A stretch of 62,480 nt of DNA, counting the filler, from Chiloscyllium plagiosum (Eukaryota): assembly GCF_004010195.1 (NCBI RefSeq). It is 3 parts of one record of this genome, joined end to end, with 100 filler letters (N's around TTAATTAATTAA, not from the genome) between each part and the next. Parts side by side here need not be neighbours in the genome. Positions count along the whole stretch, not along the records: positions 18,476 to 44,450 come from NC_057713.1; 2 more parts are not named here. One strand, written 5' to 3'. The position numbers were made by a program, and so were the translations under genes. Positions 26,225-38,629 of this stretch are shown here, in pieces. The notes beneath the pieces are model-generated. The model searched no databases. It saw nothing but the letters and a program-made list of their open reading frames with translations, and was not told the origin of the DNA. How positions within the stretch are numbered: position 1 is the stretch's first letter; every line of letters begins with the position of its first letter.

Positions 26225-26690
26225 AGAAAGAAGGTTAACATTTCATTTGTCTTCCCTATTACCTGCTGAACTTGCATGCTAGACTTTAGTAATTTTTGCA
26301 TGGGGACTCCCAAATCACTCTGTGCTGAACCTTCTACAGTCTTTCTCCACTGAATAATTTCACATTTTCCCAAATTACATTCCATCTGCCAAGGTCTGAG
26401 CCACTCATTTAATCTGTTTGTATTCCTCTGCAGACTCTTCCCATCTTCATTATAGCTTGCCTTTCTATTTTGCATCCTGTACAATGCCATTGTACATTCA
26501 CTGTTTTCATTAATATATATTGTACATAACACTGACCCCGGTACTGACCTCTATAGCACTCCACTATTTAAAAGTTGCCAAGCTGAAAATGCGCACTTAT
26601 CTCAACTCTCTGTCTTCTGTAACTTAGCCAAGCCTTTACCCATGCTATTTATATCTTCCCAACACTATGAATTATTATCTTATTAAGTAG
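26225..26690 (-). mobile_element. Old CR1 RT fragment
   Basis: ORF 26077..26532(-) SLQRNTNRLNEWLRPWQMECNLGKCEII...DLGV...MQVQQVIGK. Confidence 0.8.
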
Positions 26691-28762
26691 ACTTCATTCA
26701 GAGTACTGGAAGAGACAAGAAGATAGATTTGAGAGGTACTAGCAAACATTACAAATAGATTAATAGAAGTTAGTGCAACAGTGATAAATAGGAAATAATG
26801 TGGTAGTCATATCCTAGAAAAGTGACAACATAGACTCAGGCAACTGCAGATTGATTTGTTATTGTTTCATTGAAGTAAAATAAATGGAATTGAATATCAT
26901 GCACAAACTTAAAGATGTAATTTTGATAAATTACCAGGACTGAAACACAATCTCTCATGATCATGATTTGAAGATGGCGTCAAATTAGGAGGGAGAGAAT
27001 TTGGGGAACATAAAGTAAATAAACATTTTTTTAAAAAATCAGGACAAGTGAAACTTAACACAGAGAAATGCAAAGTATGACAGAAAGGAATGGGAAAATA
27101 CAACACAAATATTTCATGATTGGTGACAGTTGGTTGATGTGCAGATATGGCTTTCCATGTTTATCTATATCTTTAACTATGTTAATGTTAGGCTATCCCT
27201 CAGGTATATGTCCTTTAACTGAATCTCTCATGTTTTGGACTCAGCTGTTGTTGACTGGAATATGTACAGCATAGCATGATTTTTGATTTCAAAACTTGCT
27301 TAAATGGCATGCATTGCTGTAAGAACAGATACTCATTTGATAGGGATGAGCTTTGCTGAGGCTATTTCCGAGATGGATACAGGATCACAACTTGAGAATT
27401 GTCATTTAGGGTCAGATGTTGCACGGTTGAATGAATGCTTCCCTCCATTGCTCTGGGGATTATGCACAAGAGTTTTAGCGCCCCAATGAGGCTGAATGTG
27501 AGATGGAGTGGGTGGGGGCTCACTGAGTCACCTGAAGGCCTATTAATATCTATTTTCAGAGGTCAAAAGGAATTTTCTAGTCAGTCTCCAAATCCTCTGA
27601 CACATTATATGGCAATGCTCAGAGAGCTTCATCGTCACATTAATGGCAAGTAGCACCATTCAGACACTCGGTTAAATAGTTAAAATGTGTGTTTTGGGAA
27701 TTCCTCAAGTTAAGTACTCAGCATGACGAGGCAGATTCGCAATGTAAATGTAAACCTTTGGGGAAAACATATCAGAAAATGAATGGGAGCATGGGGGGGT
27801 GGTGGAGGTGAATGTCTTTCTAAAATTAGCCATCAGCTCATTAATGTTATCCAGACAAATTACATGGATGAACAGGCATTGATGGTTAGACCTCTGTGCA
27901 CAAGTGACTAACTGCTCAGTTGACAATCACAATCATTGATTTAGCACATGACAATCATCCTAGGCAACAGAATTCCATAACACCCCCCCCAAACTCCAAA
28001 AAAACGCCAGTGAGTACCTTTGTTGCACTAACTGCCAAAAAGGATGTCACTTGAATAAAATATGTTTATAGTTTCAGAACAGTTAGGAAGCAATTTTGGT
28101 TTGAATGTCCATAGCATTTACGCTGCAGGTACTTTAATGCAGCACTTTGCCACACTTCCACAGAATCTGCTAAATCTATTGATTGTTATACCTCCAGCCA
28201 ATTTCCGGCTGTGCTGATTCCCACAATCAGCAGCAAGACCCTCAATTTTCTTTTGTTCCACGAAAGAGCCATGAAAACGTTGTTTCAAAGATCCTCCTGC
28301 TGGTAATCTACAATGTGCACAGCATACAATCAATTCCAGTAACAAGAACAGAACTGCAGCCTCACACCTTGACATGGGCTGAAGGACATAAGTTGGACCC
28401 TGTAAGTCAACTCACATGAAGTAAATATGCCTGAGCTTCCAAGGGTAATGCGTAAGACTTTGCAAATTGGAATATTATATGGAATCCACGCCTTCTGTTC
28501 ATTAGAATTTTGAAATCCATTTTTATTCATTCCACCTTTAACAGCATGTATTCCAAGTTCTTTTTTTTTGAATAGCAGATATTGAACAGCTCAGGTTCTA
28601 GAGGAATAGATGAGGAAAGAAGCCAGAAACAGGCAGTCACCATCACCTGAAGGAGCAGGGGAGACAGTCAACATCATGAAGTAGATTAGATGAGTGAAGG
28701 TCTGAAACAGGGTATCAGCAGCAACAGATGATCTGGCAAGTGAAAGACCTTGTGACAAGATA

Positions 28763-29025
28763 TATTTAATACAAACAGATTACCATTCCAAATGGAAACA
28801 AGTTTTTGTACTCAATACAAAATGACAGAGTTAATGACTAAAGTATTGAAGAAAACTTGTTCTATATAAGGTTTTCCAGAACAGATAGCTTCAGATCACA
28901 GTCAGTAATTCATGAATGAAGATTTTAAGCAGTTCACACTGAAGGAAGAAATCAACCAGTTGAAAAGTTCTTAATTTTTTTCACCAAGTTAGTGGAAAAG
29001 CAGACTGCACAGTTTAAATTGTCAC
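28763..29025 (+). mobile_element. Gypsy/Ty3-type LTR retrotransposon integrase core relic
   Basis: Broken translation YLIQTDYHSKW...GFPEQIASDHSQ*FMNEDFKQF...FHQVSGKADCTV*IV resembles VDAHSKW...GLPEQLVSDNGPQF...YHPQSNGKAERAVQ. Confidence 0.75.
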
Positions 29026-29264
29026 ATTGCTAATGACCCAAATGCTGATGAGAAGTTAGTGCTATTTAATCACAAACATTCGTTTTGATAATGGCTATTC
29101 ACTGGCAGAGTTATTCAAAAGTCGAAGATGAGACAGAAAGCTCTTCATTAAGACACAATCTCAGACAGAACGTTATGTTCAAGGATTGTAATAAGGTCAT
29201 CAAAATGAGATTAAAAAAACTGCTGAAGACATTAAAGGTGTATCCCCCTCTCAACCATTGCCAT

Positions 29265-30055
29265 TAAGCCAGGGGATCAACCCTGATTCAATGAAGTATG
29301 CAGGAGGGCATACAAGGAGCAGCACCAGCCATACCTAAAAATGAAGTGTCAACCTGATGAAGCTACCAAATTGGTTTGGACTGATAAATGCCAAGTAACA
29401 TTCGTGCCACAAATGCCAGGTAATGACCATTTCCAATACGAGAGAGTCTAACCACCGCTCCTCAATATTTAAAGGAATTACAATCACTGAATTCCCAACA
29501 TCCGGGCTGTTCCCATTGACCAGAAACTCAAATGAACAAACCATATAAACACAGCAGCTACAAATGCAAGTCAGAGGCTAGGAATACTGCAGTGAATAAC
29601 TCAGCTCATGAGCCCTCAAAGTTGTCCACCATCTTAAAGGGTCAAGTCAGGACTATGATGAAATATTCTCTACTCACCTGAATGGGTGAAGTTCCAATGA
29701 CAACTCAAAAAGTTTGACATCATCCAAGACAAAACAGACCACAAGCATTCACTCCCTCCACCACCGATATTTAGTAGCAGTAGTGTGTGCTATCTACAAG
29801 ATGCACTACAAAAATTCATGAAAGATACTTTGATAGCACCTTCCAACCCCATGACTATTTCCAACTGGAAGGACAAGGGCAGCAGATGCATGGGAACACC
29901 ACCACCACTGGCAAGTTCCACTCTGAGCCACTCACACCTTGAATTAGAAATACATCTCTGTACCTTCACCATCTCTATGTCAAAATCCTGGAATTCTGTC
30001 CCTGAAGGGAATTGTGAACTGTAGCCATTCAAGTAGGCAGCTCACCACCACCTTA
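29265..30055 (+). mobile_element. Ancient CR1/L2-group LINE fragment
   Basis: Collinear with 2545-3360; ends at aggcagctcaccaccacctt. Confidence 0.6.
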
Positions 30056-33000
30056 TATCGTGTATCAATATCATGTATCTGTTGATACTGAGGCTCAAAG
30101 AAAAGGGAAAAAGAAAAGAAAGAACTGTATAAGAGAGCAGGAACCAGTCTTCTGTATATTGGAATTTGAATACCTACAGAAGATACTGTGAATGAGGAAA
30201 GAGTTGGGAACATAGGACCAGGAGTAGGCCATTCAGCTCCTTGAGCCTGAATCTCCTACTCAATGAGATCATGGCCAATTGTGGCCAAACTCCATATACC
30301 TGCCTTTGGCCAATATCCCTTAATACCTTTGCTTAATAAAATGTATCTGTCTCAGATTTGAATTAACAACTGGTTCTACATCTTAGTTACTCTAGATAAG
30401 TTGCAGATAGTGATGCAGCAGACTTAAAGTTGGGACAGTAGAGATAGATAAAACAGCCTGAGGAGAACAACGCAGATGCCAATACCCAGGTCCCACAGTC
30501 GGCAGGATCAATGAGGGCATGATGACGCAGGCTTAACTACAAAGGTGAAGTAGCACAGATCAGACTTAATGGAATCAGCACAAATCAGTTGGCATTTGCT
30601 AATTCTTTTATTTATTCATAGGATGTGGACATAGTTGGCTGCTCATCTCTAATTTGCTCAAGAAGGCAGTGGTGAGCCACCTTATTGAACTGCTGCGCTT
30701 CATTGGAGCAGGGGCCGGTGTCTTGGTGCTGCAGTGTAGATGTACCCACAAGGCTATGAAGGTAGGATTTCTAGAGTTTCAATCCAATGAAAATAAAGGA
30801 ACTGTAACACAATTCCAAATTTGTGGCTTTCTGGAGAATTGCAGGCAGTGCTCTTTCTATGGACCAGTGAGTGGTTAGAAAATATTTAACAGGGAGAATG
30901 GATCCATTAATGGAATGTTACATTCCGTCTTTTCTGCCACTGACCCAAACAGTGAACATTGTCAGGCTTCACACTTGACAAGGTCCTCTTTGCCAGTGCT
31001 TAAATACCCACAACAGTGGCATGGGGCTCTAACATGGGCATTAACTGCTTCAGAACGTCCTTGACCCATTGGGAGAGTAAGCAGTCTACCCCATTGTCCA
31101 CCACTTATTCCACAACCCCACCATTAGACTGGGGGCAGGGGTAGGCAGGTTAGCTCACTACTTCTTAACTAGACTGTAGGTAATTTGTTCAATGGTCAAC
31201 AACTACCTTTCCAAAACATTAAGGTGATAGGTCTTTTACAATGCCCAATTCCTGTCCAGAAAAAAGTGCCCATGTCCATAATTGTGGTTATGACAACATA
31301 GATGTTTTGAAAATGTATTCATTTATGGGATATGGTGGAAGTGGCCATGGGTTTGGAAGATACTGTCAGAGGATCTTTGGAGAATTTCTGCAGTGCATCT
31401 TGTAGATAGCACAAACTGCTGCTACTGAGCATCAGTGGTAGAGTAGGTGGTTAACTTGTAAAAAGGCCACAAATGCAAATTACAAAGCAAAAGGTTCATG
31501 GTAAAAGTATTACAAGTGAATTAGACACAAAGGTTTTTAAAAGACAATCAATAGGTGCATTAGCATCTAAGATTATAAAGCTAATAATAAAACTAGTAAT
31601 GAGATTGCGACATCAAAGTGCCCTCACATCAGTTCTCGTTTTCTTTTCAGTATAGTCATGTTTTCAGCTGCCTGGGTTTTAAGTTCCAAATTCCTTCTCT
31701 AAAATCCCTATTTCAGTACTTCTAAGATTCTTCAAAATATGTCTCTTTCAACAAAATCATCTCTCCTTATGCAACTGAGTGCTAAATTCTCTTTGAACCA
31801 AGCAGCTGTTAATGTGACAAATATCCTTGTTGTGATTTGAGAAACAACAGAAGTCCCCTGACAGTGATCAGTAATTTTCCAATGAGGAGCAATGGCATAA
31901 AATGTGAGATGAACTTTCTTCTTCTGAGTATTTACTTAGTGACACACAAGGAGAAAAAAAATTCAAACATTTTCAGAAACGTAAACATACATTTGCAAGC
32001 AATTACATTATAACATAAATCATCACACAAGGCAGGTGATGACTAAGTTATCTGTCATGACTTGCCAGAGTCTATTGACTTGCTTGTCATTTCATATTCA
32101 CTTGGCGTCAGTTTTATTTGAGCTGATCTATTCCAAGTTAGGAGTTCTAAAACCAAATCAAGTGAGCTAATATCTTTTGTTGTCCTTTCTGTTTAGAAAC
32201 TGTCATTTTTGCCTCACTGAGGAAGAGTGAGAACATAAAATACAGATATCAAAGCTTTCTGATTATATACTTATAACTAACACATGAAGAGGTCATCTGC
32301 AGCTATTCTCCATATTTCTTAACAAGAATAAATGACAGCAACAGGACAAAATACTCACAGCATTGTTTCAAAACCTCTTCACAGTCTACCCGGCAATTTG
32401 CATGGACGTTTTCACAGAACATATGCATTTACTGAGTCTTTCACCATGACCAGACATTTCAAAGCACTTTTCAGCTAACTAAATGCAAGTGAAGCCTAGT
32501 CACTGTGGTGATGTAGGATGAGAATATTCTTGTTAATTCCGGTACAGTGTCAGTAAATGAACAAAAGCCATGGAATTTGATCAAAGTCTGATTCACATGA
32601 TCTGTTATAGCTTCAAAGGCCTTTTGGAGGCTACACACATGGTTGTAAGTGGTCTGTCTTGCTCATCATCGTTGCACAGTGCTCTGTATCACTCCCACTT
32701 CTGACCCTAATTAATTTTATTGACTCAATTAAATGTAACTCTCTCATTTTGTATCCCTCCACTTGTGTTTTGGGCTCAAAACAGATATCTAAGAATCCTC
32801 TCCAACAGATCAGGGAATATGCTCATTATATGCCAGAGATATGTTATCTGTCATATTGAAAATCCCAGAGAAAACAACTTACAGGGCAAACAAAAATGCA
32901 AATGCCTGTTTGAGGCCCCTTTGCAAAACTGGACCGCATGGAATAGGAACACAATGGGTAAGGTACTGAACTCCTAACCAGAGACTTGGAATAATGATTC

Positions 33001-35394
33001 AGAAGACAGGAGTTCAAATGTCTTCACAGCGGCTAGGGAACTTGAGTTAATAATTAAATCTGAAATAAAATGATATTACCACCGATAGTGACCATCTAAT
33101 CAACTGGCAATTGAAAAAATCTCTCTGGTCCAGCACAGTAGTTGAGTCTTACCTGCCTCTGAAATAGCCGAAGAGAGTTGGACAATAATGTTGTCCACTG
33201 TCCTGACACTGCTCTATCCCTCTGCCAAATGCTGTCTCACTGCTGACATGCTTGCATCTCTTCACACTCTCCCTTCCACTCTCAATCACTGTCTCCTTGC
33301 TCTCTCATAAATTGTTCAAAAAACTTGGAGTTTTAAAAAAAGAAATACAACTGCAATGCACTCGTGCACATAAAATATCAGATGTGAATGCTTCTGGTGA
33401 AGTTTAGCTTCATGTCCTCATGAATTGGTCAAAAATCCTAAGAACCAAGATGAATGATGAGGAACGCTGTACATATTACATGGAAGAACACAGCAAATAC
33501 TTCAAAAAAGGGCGAGATATATCTCTCTCTATCGTTGAAATCGACCTGTTTTTATTATTAGATGGGATATCACTATCATATTACAGTTTGTGAGAGCTCT
33601 CTCCCTGTAAATTTGCGTGCCAGGTTTCCAACAACAGTACCTGGAATACAAAAGTTCTTAACTGGCTACAAAACACTTGGCATCCTAGGGTTATGAAAGT
33701 CGTTGATAAACAGTAATCCATTTTTTTTGCTTCTTCGAATTGCTTTGCAAAGTTACTGAAGTGTATCTGCTGTGCCTAGTCTGCTGATTCAAAAATTAGG
33801 ACTGAGTTGCTGGTCAATAATTTCTAGACTGCTACTTAAGTTATTTATCAAACCAAACATGCTTAGAAGACGACATAAAGCTGATTAGTGATTTGCGGTC
33901 AGGTTGAATTTATAACCTTTACTATTTTCAAATCGTGAGAAAAGGGCAAAGCCAGCAATCAGTTCTTCTCTAGGTTTCACCCTGGTTTACAGAGTACTGC
34001 CATTATTTTAGCACTCTGTGATCAATATCCATCACAATAAAACAGTGCTTCTGATGTTTGTAAAGTTAGAATGCACATTTACTAGTCCAAAATGAGAAAC
34101 CAATAACAAATAGCTATATCTAACCCACTAGTTCAAAATATCTCCAATTTGTTTCTCTTATTTCTCTTAAATCGAAAAAGAGAAAATTTCGCCAATGAGT
34201 CACAGCTTAAAAATTAATCACAGTTGCTCATGTTGAGGATTAATTAGTCATCATGCACAGTCAAGTTCACCCCAATGTGCAGACACATGAATGATATTCT
34301 GGGTGGTATGGTTCACCACTTTCCATTTTGCTTGTGGGTATTATTCATCGCAACAGACAATATGTGACAGCATTGTGGCGAGGCTACTTTAGTCTGCTTC
34401 AAAAGCAAGCTAGAACAACGAGTGCTGCCAGACTATTCCACCAAGGACAGCAGCATCTTTGGGCCAATATCTATCCACAGTCACAAGGTTTCTGTAGCAA
34501 TAACCAGAGAGTTCAGGATTATGGAGCCAAGCTAAATGTTTTCTTGTCTGGCCAAGAGATACAGAAGGAGCTATTGTGGCCTTGAATTCAATTTGTTTAT
34601 TGACACAAAGCTCATTATTTTCTTTACCCAGTGATCTCTTTCACTGTGCATCTCAATATTATTTCCCTTTTACGACAGAACATCCTATGTAAATGCAGTT
34701 CATTTATTGTAGCCATATTTTATATTTAATTTAAACAGCATTTTTTGACATTTATAAATATTTACATGGAACATATTGAAAGAATATTTGGGCACAGTTG
34801 TTAAGCAAGGCAGTGCAAAATTTTAAAAAATCTAACACACATGGTGAACATGGTATAACTAAGGATTTATTAACTATAGTTTGCAACATAGGACTTAATG
34901 TGTTAACTTCATCTCTCTGGTATTTTAGTGGAGGAATAAATATTCCCACTTTTATTTAAACATAATGATCACTCAGCCTAAACTCCAGGTCTTTATTTCC
35001 ATTGAAGTTGAATTAAATCACCAACACTACAGGGTTGAATAAACCCTTCAACACTATTGCTCCCAAAGGTCATGAGCATTCATTTTTTAAAACAAAAATA
35101 CTGACGGAAATAATTGGTCGACAGAAGGAGTAACATATTGTATTCATAATTCTTCAGGCATGAATTTTTAAACAATCCCAATGGTGAATGGAGTTAATGA
35201 CTTTGTCATTCAAGTCATTCTTCTCATAATCTTTTTTGTGTGTGGACCACAATTTCGTTGTGTTTTAAGCACTGAGAAACTGAAATGAAAATCAAGAGTG
35301 TTGGAAACTATCAAGGCTAAAAAAGGATCTGCAAAACAAGCCAAGCAGAAATTACGAGGTGACGTGAAGCTTGTACACTGGAGGAAGATTACTT

Positions 35395-35540
35395 GACGTT
35401 AAGGACATGAGCCCTTCATCAGGAGCGCATTCGGGTTCATGCCCGAAGCATCGACTCTCCTGCTCTTTGGATGCTGCCTGACCTGCACCACACTTTTTGA
35501 CTGTGACTCTCCAGCATCTGCAGTCCTCACTTTCTCCTAG
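35395..35540 (+). mobile_element. PLE terminal fragment with a short inverted 5' arm
   Basis: gacatgagcccttcatcagg (inverted) followed by gggttcatgcccgaagcatcgactc...ctccagcatctgcagtcctcactttctcc. Confidence 0.75.
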
Positions 35541-35964
35541 CCTCTGGAATAAGATGGCAGACAGTAGGGATCAGTAGTTTTAAGATACTCAGGAAAAGGA
35601 GTTAGGGTATGAGGCAAGCTGATAATTATTGTTTTCAACATGATCAAAATGCAGAGACAGATTGGAAAATGGGCTGGTTGACAAATTTGGAATGAAGAGG
35701 CCAAACATTTTTAGGAACAGTCCATAGTAAAGAGAGACCATGCATTTTTGTAACTACTTTAAGAACTTTAGGACCTTCCAAAGCAGTCTACAGACAACAA
35801 GGTAACTTTGCAGGGGGACAATTAATGAAAAGAAATATAGCAGCCAATTTGTGTACAAGATCCAAAAACGGTGAAAATTGTGATTTTGATTAAGGAATAC
35901 GCAATGGTAAGATTACCAGGAGAATGCAACAGCTGTTCAGTTCTGAGGAAGCCTATGGGCCTCA

Positions 35965-36270
35965 GGGTGTGAGCGTAAGAGTGTGGGGGTGTGAGAGTGT
36001 GAGAGATTGAGGGTGTGAGCTGTGAGAGAGTGAGGATGTGAGAGAGTGAGGGTGTGAGAGAATGAGGGAGTGAGAAAGTGAGAGAGTGAGTGAGAGTGAA
36101 AGAGCGAGTGAGAATGTGTATATACGCATGAGAGTGAGAGAGTGTGAGAGCAAGTGAGAGAGAGAGAGCAAGAGGGAATGTGTGTGAGTGAGAGACTGAG
36201 TGAGTGAATGAAAGGTTGAGAGAGTGAGTGAATGAGTGAGTGAGAGATTGAAAAAGTGAGTGAGTGAGTG
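35965..36270. repeat. Compound (GA)/(GT)/(GAGT)n simple repeat
   Basis: Direct reading; explains the low-complexity ORFs 35822..36376 and 35962..36312. Confidence 0.9.
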
Positions 36271-37044
36271 TTGGATCACAATAAAAAGACTTGATATAAT
36301 AACTGAACTCATAATTATTCAGACTACAGCCAAGGATCCTTGGGGAAGGACTGTCTGTGTGATCTGTTAGTGACACTATAAATATGCCATGCTATGCATC
36401 ACGCACAAAGGAAACCCACTGTGTCTGTTCTGATCACTGTCAGAGTTTTGCTGCCAAGCTTAGCAGCGTCAATAAGTATTTAAACGGCTGATGTCAAATG
36501 CCCAAGAGCTACTTTATCAACGTGAAACTAGACATTTTCCATCATTTCCTCTTGACCTGAGTCTTCTATTCCATGATAAATAAACACATCACCAGGAAAG
36601 AACCATGAATCAAATCAGTGTCTAATAACACAATAGAAACAAAACAAATTCTAACCATTCCTCCTCAACTTACTGAAGAATAGGTTAATCAAATTGGTTG
36701 CTGAATTAGAGGCAGGATTAGACTTTTCAAAAATCATTTGAGGTATACACCATTAAATAAACACATTGTAGTGTATATAATTTGTCAAAAGTAAACTCAG
36801 TCATGGAATAATCATAATCCATGATTTGGCTGCTGGTGAGCTTACCTGATTACACACTTGAGAAATAGCTTGGCCCTTTTTCGAATATAAATGGCAATCT
36901 TTGTTCTAGTGATCATGCTGATGTTGTCTCAGTTGATTGGTTTATTCTCAGCGAATACTTAGAATGCTACAGTGCTGTTCACACCATAGATCAGTTTGTG
37001 ATACCACACACCAAGCTAACTCGCACTGATCACTTTAAAAAAAA

Positions 37045-37205
37045 AATCATTTACAGGATAAAGGCATCGCTGGCTAGGCCAGCATTTATTGCCCATTCCT
37101 AGCTACCGAGAGGGCAATTAAGAGTCAACCACATTGCTGTGGTTCTGGAGTCACATGTAGGCCAGACCAGGTAAGGACAGCAGTTTCCTTCCCTAAAGGA
37201 CATTA
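37045..37205 (-). mobile_element. Shark tRNA-SINE 3' part (family of 38425-38625)
   Basis: ccagcatttattgccc...agagtcaaccacattgctgtgg...tcacatgtaggccagaccaggtaagg. Confidence 0.7.
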
Positions 37206-37360
37206 TTTGCTTTCTCTAACATAAACTAAATAGCTTTCTATGCATTTTTCAAAAAAGGATTGAACAAAACAAGATCATTATGTGTGACAGTGGCACTATG
37301 TTTGGAGCCTTGCTACAAAATTGCCACTAGATAATCCTTGTATTTTAAAACAGTTTAGAT

Positions 37361-37781
37361 CAGCCATTCTCAATGGGGCCCATATGTCCCTTAGGCACCC
37401 TGGCACATTTGAAGGGGGCCGCAGACTGAAAACTGTAAGAAGGGGAGCCCCAAGGGTTTATGGGAGCCCTGGTAGCTGAATCGATGAAATACTCAAGCAA
37501 CAAGCTTCTTTGTCTAATTTGGAGCCCAATATCATGAACTTGCAGAAAAGCACCAAGCTCAAGGATTGCATTAGGCCTGATAAATATTTAATTTCATACA
37601 CAGTCTTTTTTTTTTAAAGTTTTGTCTAGCATGTCGGAATGTTCAAGTTTTCTTGGGTGTTCAATATTAAATGATTTTCTGCCTATCTGTTCACATTGTA
37701 TCCCTATTTTAAGAGTGACACTGGAACCTGAGAAATGCCCCTGTGGGGGGATCATGGTGAAAAAACGGTTGAGAATCGCTG
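37361..37781. mobile_element. Non-autonomous hAT (Charlie-like) DNA transposon / MITE, 421 bp
   Basis: TIRs CAGCCATTCTCAA and rc CAGCGATTCTCAA (12/13); 8-bp TSD gtttagat (37353-37360) / gtttaggt (37782-37789), matching the NTNTAGAN hAT-Charlie target preference. Confidence 0.85.
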
Positions 37782-38424
37782 GTTTAGGTTGAAAACTTAG
37801 TGATGTTACAGGTGGCATTGTCGGTCTACCTACAAGACATAGACTTCAGTGGTTCAAGAAGGCAGCTCACTGCCACATTCAAGTGTAACTTGAAATTGGC
37901 AATAAATGCTGGTCCAGCTAATGGCACCATCTTCGCACAAATGAATTCAAAATGAATAAGAGTGACTTTAACAATATTTTGGAGAATAGACTGAAATCCA
38001 AAAAACATGCCTTACATAAATCACTGTCCGAAGTAAAAGTTTTACTGGGAAAAGGACACTGGTGGGTAGAGGAGGGGAAGCACCAAATCTACTGAAAATC
38101 ATCCCTGGTTATTTTACCCATTGGCTGTTTGCCTGTAGACATCAGTCGCTTGGTGGGGCAGCAGTGGGAGTTGAGAAAGCAGGAAGCCTCATTTTGCAGT
38201 GAGACAGGCACATGATGCAGCTGGGATTTTTTTTAGGAAGAGTCTTTTCAAAGACAAGATGCTTAAGGCAGGAGAGGTCTCAAATTACCATTAAGTAGCA
38301 TTGTTCTGTTTCAGAACATCACCTCATCCCTGGGAAAAGTGTGGAGGAGGTGGTGGGGTAATGGTTATGTCAATGGGTCTAGATACCACCATGGAAAAGA
38401 GTGAAATCCGAATTTGAGAGAAAG

Positions 38425-38625
38425 TGGTGGCGCAGTGATAATGTCATTGGGCTAGTAATCCATGGTAGCTGGTGGGACATGAATTCAATAAAAATCTGAA
38501 ATTTAAAACTAAAAGCAAGCCTAGTGATAACCAACGTATCACTCTTAATTGTTGTAAAAACCCATCTGTTTCTAATGTCCTTTAGGGAATGAAACTGCTC
38601 TCCTGACATGGTCTGGCCTATATAT
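38425..38625 (+). mobile_element. Shark tRNA-derived SINE 5' part, split by the long CR1; resumes at ~41694-41752
   Basis: Head gtggtggcgcagtgataatgtcattgggctagtaatcc; body aaaacccatctg...aatgtcctttagggaa...ggtctggcct; continuation agcaatgtggttgactcttaactgcc after the CR1 tail; related copies at ~13235-13690, 41760-41965 and 45985-46265. Confidence 0.7.
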
Positions 38626-38629
38626 AAAC

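Noticed and set aside
35822..36376. 184-aa and 116-aa S/L/T/H-rich ORFs
   Set aside because: Translation of a GA/GT microsatellite
36840..36960. Strong minus-strand donor CAG|GTAAGC at ~36845 as another TSNARE1 exon
   Set aside because: No frame resembles the expected next exon (S..LDVNQI.KDLA.MV.EQG) and there is no good acceptor
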